A DNA stretch of 63,883 nt, the filler included. It is 5 parts of 5 records of this genome, joined end to end, with 100 filler letters (N's around TTAATTAATTAA, not from the genome) between each part and the next. Parts side by side here need not be neighbours in the genome. Positions count along the whole stretch, not along the records: positions 1 to 28,750 come from SRR2962707_1083; 4 more parts are not named here. One strand, given 5' to 3'. The notes beneath the pieces were generated by a model. That model saw only the letters and a program-made list of their open reading frames with translations. It made no database searches and was not told where the DNA came from. The position numbers were made by a program, and so were the translations under genes. This document shows, piece by piece, positions 9,472-19,555 of the stretch. The first letter of the stretch is position 1, and every line of letters begins with the position of its first letter.

Positions 9472-10286
9472 TGGGTTTGCTCCGCTTGCGGTGTGGGAGA
9501 AGAAGCCGCGTCCGGCCAGTAGTGACTGTCGGGCAGGGGACGCGCGCCGAAGATGGCCTGACCCACCCGAACCACGGTGGCGCCTTCCTCGATGGCGGTT
9601 TCAAAATCACCGGACATGCCCATGGATAAGTGCGTCAGATCGATCCGGTCCGGCGCGCTCTGGCGTAGTTGGTCCCGCAACTGGCGCAACCGGACGAAGC
9701 AGGCGCGCACCCGGTCGGTGTCGGACGACCACAACGCCAGGGTCATCAGGCCTCGGACCCGCAGGCAGGAGAACGGCGTCAATGCCTTCAGAAATGGCGC
9801 CACCTGATCCGGCGCCAGGCCATATTTGCTGTCCTCGCCGGAGGTGTTCACCTGCACCATGACGTCCAGGGCACGGCCTTCCTGCTGCAACCGGCGTTCC
9901 AGTGCCTCGGCCACCCGGACGCTGTCCAGGGCCTGGAATTCACTGGCGAAACGGGCCACGTAGCGGGCCTTGTTGGTCTGCAGATGGCCGATCACCGACC
10001 AGCGCAGGTCGGTCAGATCCGCCAGCGTCTGATGTTTATGGCGGGCTTCCTGAACCTTGTTCTCGCCCAGTTCCCGGCAACCGGCGGCGTAGGCCAGCCG
10101 CAGCCGTTCCACCGCCACGGTCTTGCTCACTGGCAGCAGGCGTACCGTGGCCGGGTCCCGGCCGCACCGGTAACAGGCATCGTCGATGCGCCGGCGCACC
10201 GACGCCAGATTGGCGCGAATCCGCGCCTCCGTTGCCGCTGGCGGGTAGGATGAAGGGGGCGTTTGGGTTGGGTCTGGTGTCATCAC
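9468..10286 (-). CDS. yggS: YggS/PLPBP-family PLP homeostasis protein (probably a second paralog)
   Basis: LLPVSKT (PLP Lys), GENKVQE, IGHLQTNK, QVNTSGEDSKYG, LSMGMSGDFETAIEEGATVVRVGQAIFGAR. Confidence 0.93.
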   Translation of the reverse strand: MMTPDPTQTPPSSYPPAATEARIRANLASVRRRIDDACYRCGRDPATVRLLPVSKTVAVERLRLAYAAGCRELGENKVQEARHKHQTLADLTDLRWSVIGHLQTNKARYVARFASEFQALDSVRVAEALERRLQQEGRALDVMVQVNTSGEDSKYGLAPDQVAPFLKALTPFSCLRVRGLMTLALWSSDTDRVRACFVRLRQLRDQLRQSAPDRIDLTHLSMGMSGDFETAIEEGATVVRVGQAIFGARPLPDSHYWPDAASSPTPQAEQTQ

Positions 10287-10324
10287 CGGGCTCCCATGGG
10301 CACTTGGAGAGTGCTTAGTTTATG

Positions 10325-10363
10325 ATTGTCACAGGTCAAAATCCATATTGTCATAGGACAAAA
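10325..10363. promoter_or_regulatory. Tandem operator, probable PtsJ binding sites
   Basis: ATTGTCACAGGTCAAAA (10325-10341) and ATTGTCATAGGACAAAA (10347-10363), 22-bp period; the second copy contains the palindrome TTGTC-N4-GACAA. Lies between divergent yggS and ptsJ. Confidence 0.75.
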
Positions 10364-10364
10364 A

Positions 10365-11669
10365 ATGGCGATTACGGGACAAAGCGCGGCGGAGATCGTC
10401 GACAGCGTGCGGGCCGAGGTGCGAAGCGGTGCCCTGGAACCGGGCCAGGCGCTGCCGCCGGTGCGGGAACTGGCGGCGCGGCTGGGCGTGAACCGCAATA
10501 CCGTGGCTGCTGCCTACAAGCGGCTGGTGGTGGTTGGCGTGGCGGAAACCCGGGGGCGGTTGGGGACGCTGATTCGAGAGCCTGCGGCACCGGGCCCACG
10601 GGAAGGCGCGGCACCGGACTCGCCGTTGATGGATCTCGCCAGCGGTAATCCGGACCCGCGCTGGTTGCCGGACCCGCGCGCCCTGGCGGCGGCGCTGTCC
10701 GGGCAACCGCGCCTGTACGGTGAGCCACCGGTGTCGCCCCGATTGGCGGCTCTGGCGGAGCCTTGGTTCCGGGACGTGCCCTGTCCAGATCCGGTGCTGA
10801 CCGTGACCCACGGAGCGGTGGACGCCATCGAACGGCTGCTGACCGCCCATCTGGTGCCCGCCGATCCGGTGGCGGTGGAAGATCCCTGTTTCCTCAGCAG
10901 CATCCATACGCTGCGTTTACTGGGCCTGCGTCCCATGGGCGTGCCGGTGGACGGGGAAGGCATGACCGTGGATGGCTTGCGTCAGGCCCTCGCCAGCGGC
11001 GCCCGTGCCGTTTTGTGCACACCGCGCGCCCACAACCCCACTGGGTGCAACCTCAGCGCGGGTCGGGCCGCGGCATTGCGCCAGGTGCTGGCCGAATATC
11101 CGGACGTGCTGGTGATCGAGGACGATCACTTCGCCCCGTTGTCGCGGGCGGAATACCAGCCACTGGCGTCGTCGCGGAGCCGGCATTGGGCAGTGGTACG
11201 CTCGGTATCAAAGTGTTTTGGACCGGATCTGCGTCTGGCGCTGGTGGTCAGCGATGAGGACAGCGCCAGCCGGCTTGGCCAGCGGCTGGCCTCCGGTACC
11301 GCCTGGGTCAGCCATTTGCTGCAGGATATGGTGGCATCGTGCCTGGAGAGCAGCGCGGTAATGGCGCGGGTGACGGAGGCCGCCGCCGATTACCGGCGGC
11401 GCCGGGATACCTTGTCACGGGCTCTGCGGGATCAGGGGCTGTGTCCGTGGGACGGCGATGGTCTCAATCTATGGATACCGCTGCCGGGGCCGGCGGCGCC
11501 GGTCACCGCGGCGCTGGCTCGGCGGGGTTGGCTGGTGCGCGATGACCGGCCTTTCCGTCTTGGCGCCGGCGCCGGCGCCGGCGCTTTGCGCGTCACCGTG
11601 ACCGGACTGGAGCCGGAGGTGGCGAGCCATTTCAGTGCGGATCTGGCGCGGGTGCTGGCGGCCGGCTGA
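10365..11669 (+). CDS. ptsJ: MocR-family (GntR HTH plus PLP aminotransferase) regulator PtsJ
   Basis: MAITGQSAAEIVDSVR...LPPVRELA...VNRNTVAAAYKRL, DLASGNPD, EDPCFLSSI, TPRAHNPTG, IEDDHF, SVSKCFGPDLRLA, WVSHLLQ: matches the PtsJ subfamily pattern. Confidence 0.85.
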   Translation: MAITGQSAAEIVDSVRAEVRSGALEPGQALPPVRELAARLGVNRNTVAAAYKRLVVVGVAETRGRLGTLIREPAAPGPREGAAPDSPLMDLASGNPDPRWLPDPRALAAALSGQPRLYGEPPVSPRLAALAEPWFRDVPCPDPVLTVTHGAVDAIERLLTAHLVPADPVAVEDPCFLSSIHTLRLLGLRPMGVPVDGEGMTVDGLRQALASGARAVLCTPRAHNPTGCNLSAGRAAALRQVLAEYPDVLVIEDDHFAPLSRAEYQPLASSRSRHWAVVRSVSKCFGPDLRLALVVSDEDSASRLGQRLASGTAWVSHLLQDMVASCLESSAVMARVTEAAADYRRRRDTLSRALRDQGLCPWDGDGLNLWIPLPGPAAPVTAALARRGWLVRDDRPFRLGAGAGAGALRVTVTGLEPEVASHFSADLARVLAAG

Positions 11670-12264
11670 TCAGGGCGTCCCAGGCGGCCAGGCCGGTATC
11701 CGCCACGCTCATCAGGGTGGCGCCGTCGGCGCCATCGCGTGCCAGGATCGACATGCCGTGCTGCAGCGTCGCCAGGTATGTCGCCAGGGCCTGGCAATCC
11801 GTTTCCGGCGCCAGTTCACCCTCGGCGACAGCCCGTTCGAAGCGCTCCCGCAGGACGCTGATGTTGCGCGTCCGGTGCTCCCTCAATATTTCGCAAATGG
11901 CTGGACTGGCGCCCTCCGATTGCGGCGCGGCGAGTACGATCAGACAGCCTGGCGGACGGTCTTCATGACTGAACGCCCGAGCCGATTGGCGCAACACATG
12001 AGCCACCGCCTCACGGGCACTGGCGCTGTCCGCCACCGGTTCCCAGATGCCGCTGCCGCCGTGCCGCCGGTACAGCTCCAGGACTTCGCGGAATAACCCC
12101 TCCTTGCTGCCGAAGGCGGCATACAGGCTGGGCGGGTTCAGCCCCATGGCGGCGGTGAGGTCGGCCATGGAGGCGTGTTCGAAGCCTTTGCGCCAGAACA
12201 CGTCCAGTGCCTTGCGCAATACCGTTTCCCGGTCGAAGTTGCGGGGTCTGCCGCGGGGTGGCAT
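11632..12264 (-). CDS. TetR-family regulator (BdcR/ComR-like)
   Basis: RGRPRNFDRE...FWRKGFE...GLNPPSLYAAFGSKEGLF; divergent from an SDR. Confidence 0.92.
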   Translation of the reverse strand: MPPRGRPRNFDRETVLRKALDVFWRKGFEHASMADLTAAMGLNPPSLYAAFGSKEGLFREVLELYRRHGGSGIWEPVADSASAREAVAHVLRQSARAFSHEDRPPGCLIVLAAPQSEGASPAICEILREHRTRNISVLRERFERAVAEGELAPETDCQALATYLATLQHGMSILARDGADGATLMSVADTGLAAWDALISRPPAPAPDPH

Positions 12265-12277
12265 GGGGGCTCCTTTT

Positions 12278-12352
12278 TATGTATCGATCAATAAAAAATA
12301 ACTTGACGGCGTCGATTCCGCACGTCATTTCTTATTTGTATTGATCACTACA
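12278..12352. promoter_or_regulatory. Two related near-palindromic TetR operators
   Basis: TGTATCGATCAATAAA (12280-12295) and TGTATTGATCACTACA (12337-12352) in the tetR/SDR divergent gap. Confidence 0.6.
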
Positions 12353-12367
12353 TATTTGGAGAGAGTC

Positions 12368-13108
12368 ATGACGGATTTGAACGGTAAAGTGGCCTTGGTG
12401 ACCGGTGGCAGCCGGGGTATCGGGGCCGCCATCGCCCGTCGCCTTGCCGCCGACGGCGCCCGGGTGGCGATCACCTACACCAGCCAGCCGGCCGCTGCCG
12501 AGGCGGTGGTGGCGGATATCGAAAGCAGAGGCGGGCGGGCGCTGGCGTTACGTGCCGACAACCGCGACAGTGAGACTCTGGCGGCGGCGGTGCGTGAGGC
12601 GGCGGACGCTCTTGGCGGGTTGGATATCCTGGTCAACAACGCCGGCATTTTCGAGATGCGCCCGATCAGCGAACTGACCCTGGAGGATTATCGGCGGGTC
12701 ATGGAGGTGAACACCCAGGCGGTGTTCGTCGCCACCCGGGCGGCGGTGGACCTGCTGCCGGAGGGGGGACGGGTGATCAATCTGGGCAGCAGCCTGGCGG
12801 TACGGGTGCCCTGGGCGGGGCTGACTTTGTACTCCATGAGCAAGGCGGCATTGATCGGTTTCACCAAGGCGCTGGCCCGGGATCTGGGTGAGCGTGGTAT
12901 CACCGCCAACGTGGTGCATCCGGGGTCCACCGACACCGATATGAACCCCGCGGGCGGCGACCATGCCGATGGCCAGCGGGCGCTCATGGCGATTCCCCGC
13001 TACAACGACCCCGATCATCTGGCGGCGCTGGTGTCCTGGCTGGCCGGCCCCGAGGCCCGCTCGGTGACCGGCTCGGAGTTCGCCATGGACGGTGGCGCCA
13101 ATATCTGA
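12368..13108 (+). CDS. Short-chain dehydrogenase/reductase (BdcA-like)
   Basis: TGGSRGIG, NNAG, YSMSK, PGSTDTDMNP; GGAGAG RBS. Confidence 0.92.
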   Translation: MTDLNGKVALVTGGSRGIGAAIARRLAADGARVAITYTSQPAAAEAVVADIESRGGRALALRADNRDSETLAAAVREAADALGGLDILVNNAGIFEMRPISELTLEDYRRVMEVNTQAVFVATRAAVDLLPEGGRVINLGSSLAVRVPWAGLTLYSMSKAALIGFTKALARDLGERGITANVVHPGSTDTDMNPAGGDHADGQRALMAIPRYNDPDHLAALVSWLAGPEARSVTGSEFAMDGGANI

Positions 13109-13750
13109 TCAGACATAGCCCAGGGTAAAGCGCTGATCCCGGTGTTGTGGGTTTTCCAGTTCGTCGATCATGGCTACCGCGTAGTCCTGCACCGAAATGC
13201 GGCTGTTGCCGTCCTGATCGGTGATCAACTGGTCGCCGCCGAGCTGAAATCGTCCGGTGCGCTCGCCAGGGAAGATCTCCGCCGCCGGGGACAGCATGGT
13301 CCAGGTCTGTTCGCTCTGGCCGCGCAACAGTTCCAGAGCCGCCTTGGCGCCCTGGGCGGTGGCCTTGTACTGCTCCGGAAACTCCGGCGTATCGAACAGC
13401 AGCTTGCCAGGAGCCACTTCCAGTGACGCGGCCCCGCCGACGATCAGGAAGCGCTTGGCGTCGACGTTCTCCAGGGCGCGCAGGATCGATTCCACGCCCT
13501 TGATGTAGTAGCCATAGACGTCGTCCTGGGCATGCCCGCTGAACGCGCTGATCACGGCGTCATGGCCGGCCAGCACCTTGGCCAGGGCTTCGCTGTCCAT
13601 CACGTCCGCTTTCGCCGGCGTCAGATTTTCGTGTTGCGGCAAGCGTTCCGGGTGAGTGACCACGGCGGTGACCTGGTGGCCCCTTTCCAGGGCCTCGTTG
13701 AGCAGGGCGGAGCCGATGAAGCCGCTGGCGCCAATCAGTGCAATGTTCAT
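13109..13750 (-). CDS. NAD(P)-dependent oxidoreductase (YwnB / flavin reductase-like)
   Basis: IALIGASGFIG, VGGAASL, GERTGRF, SRISVQDYAVAMIDELE. Confidence 0.88.
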   Translation of the reverse strand: MNIALIGASGFIGSALLNEALERGHQVTAVVTHPERLPQHENLTPAKADVMDSEALAKVLAGHDAVISAFSGHAQDDVYGYYIKGVESILRALENVDAKRFLIVGGAASLEVAPGKLLFDTPEFPEQYKATAQGAKAALELLRGQSEQTWTMLSPAAEIFPGERTGRFQLGGDQLITDQDGNSRISVQDYAVAMIDELENPQHRDQRFTLGYV

Positions 13751-13872
13751 AACCAACTCCTTATGAGGAAGAGATTGCTCGAAAACAAAGCCATGGTGGC
13801 ACCGGTGATTGATTTGAAAAACAGCCCAATCAATAATTCAGTGTTTTTAAATTGATAACAATGGGGCTGACC

Positions 13873-14784
13873 ATGGCCGCCGTGGAAGATCTCGACTACA
13901 ACAGCCTGCCGGTATTTATCGCCCTGGTGGAAGCGGGCAGTTTCACCGCCGCCGCCGAGCGCCTGGGCTGCACCAAGACCCGGGTCAGCCTGCAGATCCG
14001 TCGTCTTGAGGAGCGCCTGGGCCAGAGCCTGTTTCATCGCACCACCCGGCAGGTGCAGCCGACCCCGGCCGGCGAGGCGTTCTATCAGCAATGTCGGCCG
14101 TTATGGAGTGGCCTGGAAGCGGCGCTGGGCACTCTGGAAGCGGACCGGCAGACCTTGACCGGTGAGTTGCGGATCTCCGCTCCCGAGGACTACGCCATGC
14201 AGACTCTGGCGCCGGTGGTGGCGGCATTCAGTGCCGAGCACCCGGGATTGCAGGTGGAGTTACGCGGCGGCGACCGGATCACCGATATGGTTCGCGAAGG
14301 CATCGATCTGGCGATCCGTCTCGGTTGGCTACGGGATTCGACGCTCCGTTCCACTGTGCTGGGCCACTTTCAGCAATGGTTGATGGCCTCGCCGGAGTAT
14401 CTGCGCAAAAGAGGCACACCGGCCACGCCGGAAGCTCTGAGCGACCATGACTGGGTCGCCTTCACGCCGTTGCGCTCGCCATTGACCTGGAACTTTCGCA
14501 AAGGCGAACGGCAATGCAGGGTACAAATGCAGGCCCGGTTACGCACCAACGCCACCGGTGTCCTGCGGGAAATGCTGGCGCGTGGCGCCGGCTTGTCGGT
14601 CATGGCTCAGCCCACCGCGGAAGCGGAGATCCGGGCCGGCCGTCTGGTGCGGGTGCTGCCGGACTGGCGGTTACCGGACGGCGGCATCCATGCGGTGTAT
14701 CCGCCAGGACGTTATATTCCGGCCCGGGTGCGGGCCTTCGTCGACGCTTTTCGCGCCTCTTTGGAACAGGAGAATCAGCAATGA
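13873..14784 (+). CDS. LysR-family regulator
   Basis: GSFTAAAERLG...LFHRTTRQV; divergent from the oxidoreductase. Start could also be 13852 or 13861. Confidence 0.92.
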   Translation: MAAVEDLDYNSLPVFIALVEAGSFTAAAERLGCTKTRVSLQIRRLEERLGQSLFHRTTRQVQPTPAGEAFYQQCRPLWSGLEAALGTLEADRQTLTGELRISAPEDYAMQTLAPVVAAFSAEHPGLQVELRGGDRITDMVREGIDLAIRLGWLRDSTLRSTVLGHFQQWLMASPEYLRKRGTPATPEALSDHDWVAFTPLRSPLTWNFRKGERQCRVQMQARLRTNATGVLREMLARGAGLSVMAQPTAEAEIRAGRLVRVLPDWRLPDGGIHAVYPPGRYIPARVRAFVDAFRASLEQENQQ

Positions 14785-15110
14785 GCTACAACGAAACCTT
14801 TGTGGCGCGGGAGCCGGAACGACAGGAAATCGATGCCGGCAAGGGCAATCTGGTATTGGAATTCGGCACGCCCTGGTGTGGCCACTGCCTTGCCGCGCAA
14901 CCGCTGATCCGGGAAGTTCTGCAACAAGCCGATACTGATCACATCCGGGTGGAAGACGGCCGGGGCCGGCGGCTGGGCCGCTCGTTCCGGGTCAAGCTGT
15001 GGCCGACGCTGATTTTTCTGCGCGATGGTGAAGAGATGGCGAGAGTGGTGCGCCCCACCGATATCGCCGTGATCCGTGAGGCGCTGGCGCGATTGGAGCA
15101 GAGCGATTAA
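14781..15110 (+). CDS. Thioredoxin-family protein
   Basis: WCGHC active site, FRVKLWPTLIF; ATGA overlap with the LysR gene. Confidence 0.88.
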   Translation: MSYNETFVAREPERQEIDAGKGNLVLEFGTPWCGHCLAAQPLIREVLQQADTDHIRVEDGRGRRLGRSFRVKLWPTLIFLRDGEEMARVVRPTDIAVIREALARLEQSD

Positions 15111-15193
15111 TCAATGGCACCGGTGGTGGCGCGGTACGTGGAGGGCAGTCTTGTTCTTCTGCAATGTCGAATAAGTACAAGTAATTCCTGTTT

Positions 15194-15212
15194 GCAAATG
15201 AATCTCAATTTC
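15194..15212. promoter_or_regulatory. Possible Fur box upstream of sitA
   Basis: GCAAATGAATCTCAATTTC matches 12/19 of GATAATGATAATCATTATC; lies in the AT-rich region before a Fe/Mn ABC operon. Confidence 0.45.
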
Positions 15213-15269
15213 ACTCATTATAGAGAGGACGATCCGGACGGACCCGGCGTGGGTCATTGGAGGAATTGA

Positions 15270-16181
15270 GTGATGCTTGGCAAGGCGATTCGGCTGGTCC
15301 TGGTTGTGGGGATCGGCGCGGCGCTGATCATGCTGTCGGCGATGACGCCGGCGATAGCCGGGGACAAGTTCAAGGTGGTCACCACCTTCACGGTGATCGC
15401 CGACATTGCCCGCAACGTGGCCGGGGAGGCCGCCACCGTGGAGTCCATCGTCAAACCGGGGGCGGAGATCCACAACTATCAGCCCACCCCTGGTGATATC
15501 AAACGCGCCCAGGGCGCGCATCTGATCCTTTGGAACGGCTTGAATCTGGAGTCGTGGTTCGAACGCTTCTTCCGCCATTTACGGGATGTGCCCGGGGTGG
15601 TGGTGTCGGACGGCATCGAGCCTCTGGGTATCGGTGACGGGCCTTATCGCGGCAAGCCCAATCCTCACGCCTGGATGTCGCCGGTTTCGGCGTTGATCTA
15701 CGTGGATAACATTCGTGATGCACTGGTGCGTTACGACCCGGGCAACGCGGATACCTACCGGCGCAACGCCGAGCAATACAAAGCCCGCATCCGGGCGCTG
15801 GTCGAGCCGATTCGCCAGGAACTGGCGGCGGTGCCCGAGGCGCGGCGCTGGCTGGTGACCAGCGAGGGCGCGTTCTCTTATCTGGCCCGTGATTTTGATC
15901 TGAAGGAACTGTATCTGTGGCCGATCAACGCGGATCAGCAGGGCACGCCCCAGCAGGTCCGCAAGGTGATCGATACGGTCAGGGCGGAAAACATCCCGGT
16001 GGTGTTTTCCGAAAGCACCGTGTCCGCTTCCCCGGCCCGTCAGGTGGCGCGGGAAACCGGTGCTGCTTACGGCGGCGTGCTCTATGTGGATTCCCTCACC
16101 GGCCCGGATGGCCCGGTGCCCACCTATCTGGATCTGCTGCGGGTCACCGCCGCCACCATTACCAAAGGACTGACTCAATGA
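15270..16181 (+). CDS. sitA: Mn/Fe ABC transporter substrate-binding protein
   Basis: Signal peptide, [36 protein letters not shown]. Confidence 0.92.
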   Translation: MMLGKAIRLVLVVGIGAALIMLSAMTPAIAGDKFKVVTTFTVIADIARNVAGEAATVESIVKPGAEIHNYQPTPGDIKRAQGAHLILWNGLNLESWFERFFRHLRDVPGVVVSDGIEPLGIGDGPYRGKPNPHAWMSPVSALIYVDNIRDALVRYDPGNADTYRRNAEQYKARIRALVEPIRQELAAVPEARRWLVTSEGAFSYLARDFDLKELYLWPINADQQGTPQQVRKVIDTVRAENIPVVFSESTVSASPARQVARETGAAYGGVLYVDSLTGPDGPVPTYLDLLRVTAATITKGLTQ

Positions 16182-17077
16182 ACGCCGTTGCCGCCCGCCT
16201 CGCCGAATGTGTCGCCCGCCAGCACGGAGAAGGGATCGCCGTGCAACAGGCCACGGTGACCTACCGCAACGGCCATACCGCGTTGCGTGACGCCAGCTTC
16301 CGTATCCCGCGTGGCACCATCGCGGCGCTGGTCGGTGTCAACGGCTCGGGGAAGTCCACGCTGTTCAAATCGATCATGGGCTTCGTGCGCTTGGCCCGGG
16401 GCGACATTCGCGTGCTCGGTATGCCGATCCGGCAGGCGTTGCGGTGCAATCTGGTGGCCTATGTGCCGCAGGCGGAAGAGGTGGACTGGAATTTCCCGGT
16501 GTTGGTGGAAGACGTGGTGATGATGGGACGCTACGGCCATATGGGGCTGTTGCGCCGGGCCCGGGCCGCCGATCACCAGGCGGTGGAGACGGCGTTGGCG
16601 CGGGTGAATATGACCGACTTCCGCAAACGGCAGATCGGCGAGCTGTCCGGCGGCCAGAAAAAACGGGTGTTTCTGGCCCGGGCGCTGGCCCAGGACGGCC
16701 AGGTGATTCTGCTCGACGAGCCCTTCACCGGCGTTGACGTAAAAACCGAGGAGCAGATCATGGCGCTGCTGCGGGAGCTGCGCGAAGAGGGCCGGGTAAT
16801 GCTGGTCTCGACGCATAATCTCGGTAGTGTGCCGGAGTTCTGTGATCGCACCATTCTGATCAAGCGTACCGTTCTCGCCCATGGCCTCACCAGCGAGGTG
16901 TTTACCCAGCGTAATCTGGAGCAGGCGTTTGGTGGTGTGCTGCGCCACTTCGTCGTCAATGAGGCGGGCAGCGGCATGCCGATCCCGATTGGCGTATTCA
17001 CCGACGACGAGCGGCCGCTGATTCTCAGGGACGGCCGGGCATCGGCCCGCGCGGCAGGGAATGGCGATAACCCATGA
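16178..17077 (+). CDS. sitB: Mn/Fe ABC transporter ATPase
   Basis: [31 protein letters not shown] overlap with sitA. Confidence 0.92.
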   Translation: MNAVAARLAECVARQHGEGIAVQQATVTYRNGHTALRDASFRIPRGTIAALVGVNGSGKSTLFKSIMGFVRLARGDIRVLGMPIRQALRCNLVAYVPQAEEVDWNFPVLVEDVVMMGRYGHMGLLRRARAADHQAVETALARVNMTDFRKRQIGELSGGQKKRVFLARALAQDGQVILLDEPFTGVDVKTEEQIMALLRELREEGRVMLVSTHNLGSVPEFCDRTILIKRTVLAHGLTSEVFTQRNLEQAFGGVLRHFVVNEAGSGMPIPIGVFTDDERPLILRDGRASARAAGNGDNP

Positions 17078-17934
17078 GCGCCTTGCTGCTGGAACCGTTC
17101 GGTTACCACTACATGGTCAATGCCATGTGGGTATCCGCGCTGGTCGGCGGTGTCTGCGCGTTTCTGTCCTGTTTCCTGATGCTCAAAGGCTGGTCGCTGA
17201 TCGGTGACGCTTTGTCGCATTCCATCGTGCCCGGCGTGGCGGGGGCCTACCTGTTCGGGCTGCCCATGTTTATCGGCGCGTTCTTCTCCGGTGGCCTGGC
17301 GGCGGCCGCCATGCTGTTTCTCAATCAGCGCACCAAACTGCGGGAGGACGCGGTGATCGGCTTGATCTTTTCCGCGTTCTTCGGGTTGGGGTTGTTCATG
17401 GTTTCTCTATCGCCCACGGCGGTGAACATCCAGACCATCGTGCTGGGCAACATTCTCGCCATCACGCCAGCGGACACGCTGCAACTGGCGGTGATCGGCC
17501 TGGTCTCCCTGGCCGTGCTGCTGATCAAATGGAAGGACCTGATGGTGACGTTTTTCGACGAGAGCCACGCGCGCTCCATCGGTCTCAATCCAACCCGGCT
17601 CAAGATCCTGTTCTTCACCTTATTGTCGGCGTCGACGGTGGCGGCGTTGCAGACCGTGGGCGCGTTTCTGGTGATCTGCATGGTGGTGACGCCCGGCGCC
17701 ACCGCTTATCTGCTCACCGACCGCTTTGCCCGATTGCTGATGATCGCCGTGGCGATCGGTGCGCTCACCAGCCTGACCGGCGCCTACGCCAGTTATTTTC
17801 TCGACGGCGCCACCGGCGGTGTGATCGTGGTGCTGCAGACGATGATTTTTCTGCTGGTGTTTCTGTTGGCGCCGAAACACGGTTTGCTGGCCGCGCGCAA
17901 AAGGGCGGCACGGGCCTGCGCGGAGCCGGTATGA
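17074..17934 (+). CDS. sitC: Mn/Fe ABC transporter permease
   Basis: [20 protein letters not shown]-3 family. Confidence 0.92.
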   Translation: MSALLLEPFGYHYMVNAMWVSALVGGVCAFLSCFLMLKGWSLIGDALSHSIVPGVAGAYLFGLPMFIGAFFSGGLAAAAMLFLNQRTKLREDAVIGLIFSAFFGLGLFMVSLSPTAVNIQTIVLGNILAITPADTLQLAVIGLVSLAVLLIKWKDLMVTFFDESHARSIGLNPTRLKILFFTLLSASTVAALQTVGAFLVICMVVTPGATAYLLTDRFARLLMIAVAIGALTSLTGAYASYFLDGATGGVIVVLQTMIFLLVFLLAPKHGLLAARKRAARACAEPV

Positions 17935-18851
17935 CGTTGATCGATACGCTGCTGGCGCCGTTTCAGTTCGAGTTCATGGTCAATGCCCTGATCGTCGCCA
18001 TGCTGGTGGCGGTACCCATGGCGCTGCTGTCCTGCTTTCTGGTGCTCAAGGGTTGGTCGCTGATGGGCGACGCCATGTCCCATGCGGTGTTTCCCGGGGT
18101 GGTGGTGTCCTACCTGATCGGTATTTCTTACGCGGTGGGTGCCTTCATCGCCGGCATGCTGTGTGCCGTGGGCACCGGCTTTCTCGATCACCACAGCCGG
18201 GTCAAACAGGACACGGTGATGGGCGTGGTATTCGCCGGCATGTTCGGGCTGGGTCTGGTGCTGTATGTGAAGATCCAGTCGGAAGTCCATCTCGATCACA
18301 TCCTGTTCGGCGACCTGCTTGGTGTCGCCGGCCCGGACTTGCTTGCCGCGGCACTGATCGCACTGATTACCACCGGTGTTATCGGGTTGAAATGGAAGGA
18401 TCTTTTACTGCACGCGTTCGATCCGGCCCAGGCTCGGGCGGTGGGGTTGAAAACCGGCTGGCTGCATTACGGGCTGCTGGCGCTGATCTCGATGACCATC
18501 GTCGGGGCGCTGCAGGCGGTGGGGGTGATTCTCGCCATCGCTCTGCTGATCGCGCCTGGCGCCATTGTCTTCCTGCTCACACGCACTTTCGGCGCGATGT
18601 TGCTGCTGTCGGTGCTGGTGGCGGTGTTCGGTGCTTTCAGTGGCGTTTATCTGTCCTTCTTTATCGACAGCGCGCCGGCGCCCACCATCGTGTTGATTCT
18701 ATCGGTGCTGTTCGTCGTCGCTTATGTGCGCGCCGGGCGCAAGGCCCGACACGGGCAATCGGCGGAGCGAATCGGGGCACGGACCAGGGAGGCACGCCGC
18801 CGGGCGGCCGCGGAGTGTTGTCCGCTGATTCAGAATCGACAGGGTTTCTGA
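17931..18851 (+). CDS. sitD: Mn/Fe ABC transporter permease
   Basis: KGWSLMGDAMSHAVFPG, HLDHILFGD; ATGA overlap with sitC. Confidence 0.9.
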   Translation: MTLIDTLLAPFQFEFMVNALIVAMLVAVPMALLSCFLVLKGWSLMGDAMSHAVFPGVVVSYLIGISYAVGAFIAGMLCAVGTGFLDHHSRVKQDTVMGVVFAGMFGLGLVLYVKIQSEVHLDHILFGDLLGVAGPDLLAAALIALITTGVIGLKWKDLLLHAFDPAQARAVGLKTGWLHYGLLALISMTIVGALQAVGVILAIALLIAPGAIVFLLTRTFGAMLLLSVLVAVFGAFSGVYLSFFIDSAPAPTIVLILSVLFVVAYVRAGRKARHGQSAERIGARTREARRRAAAECCPLIQNRQGF

Positions 18852-18922
18852 GCAACATGCCGGTACCGCCGTGGCGTGCCGGGCGGCACCGGAGCAGAGA
18901 TGGAAGCAAAGGACCGCGTGTT

Positions 18923-19360
18923 TCAGTCCGCCGGGTAGAGGGCCCGGTCCAGGCTCAGGTTGCCGCCGCCGGAGACCAACAGCGAGACCGAAGCCGCCAA
19001 CAGCGCAAGCCCGAATTCGTAGCCGTTGTTGCTCATGAACAGGCCGTTGCCGATATGGACGGTGACAATCGCCATTACCATGGTGAAGGCAAGTGCCAGT
19101 GCCGCGGGCCGTGTCAGCAGGCCGATCAGCAACAACAAGCCACCGAAGAACTCAGCCGAACCCGCCGCCAGAGCCATCAGAACGCCGGGTTCCAGGCCGA
19201 TGGAGGACATCCATTGGCCGGTGCCTTCCAGGCCATGGCCACCAAACCAGCCGAACAGTTTTTGTGCGCCATGGGCCATGAAAATAATGCCCACGGGGAT
19301 GCGCAGCAGCAGCGGTGCCCAGGTGCTACGAGTCTGCAGAGCGGGTTGCAATAACGTCAT
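18923..19360 (-). CDS. DoxX-family membrane protein
   Basis: LRIPVGIIFMAHGAQKLFGWFGG...AEFFGG...NNGYEF. Confidence 0.92.
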   Translation of the reverse strand: MTLLQPALQTRSTWAPLLLRIPVGIIFMAHGAQKLFGWFGGHGLEGTGQWMSSIGLEPGVLMALAAGSAEFFGGLLLLIGLLTRPAALALAFTMVMAIVTVHIGNGLFMSNNGYEFGLALLAASVSLLVSGGGNLSLDRALYPAD

Positions 19361-19555
19361 GATCGAAAGCCTCTTAAAGGTTGAGAGTGGCACCGGCCCG
19401 CTGGACCGTGCGGTGATGGGGGTATTAAAAGGGCAGGTTATTAGATAAAAAACAGGGATAATCTGTTTTCTTTGTTCTGATATTTAGATCTTTTTGTCAG
19501 CATCGAAGGTGCTCAATGGTTGGTACCGAATACTGTCCATTGGTATGCTAACCGG

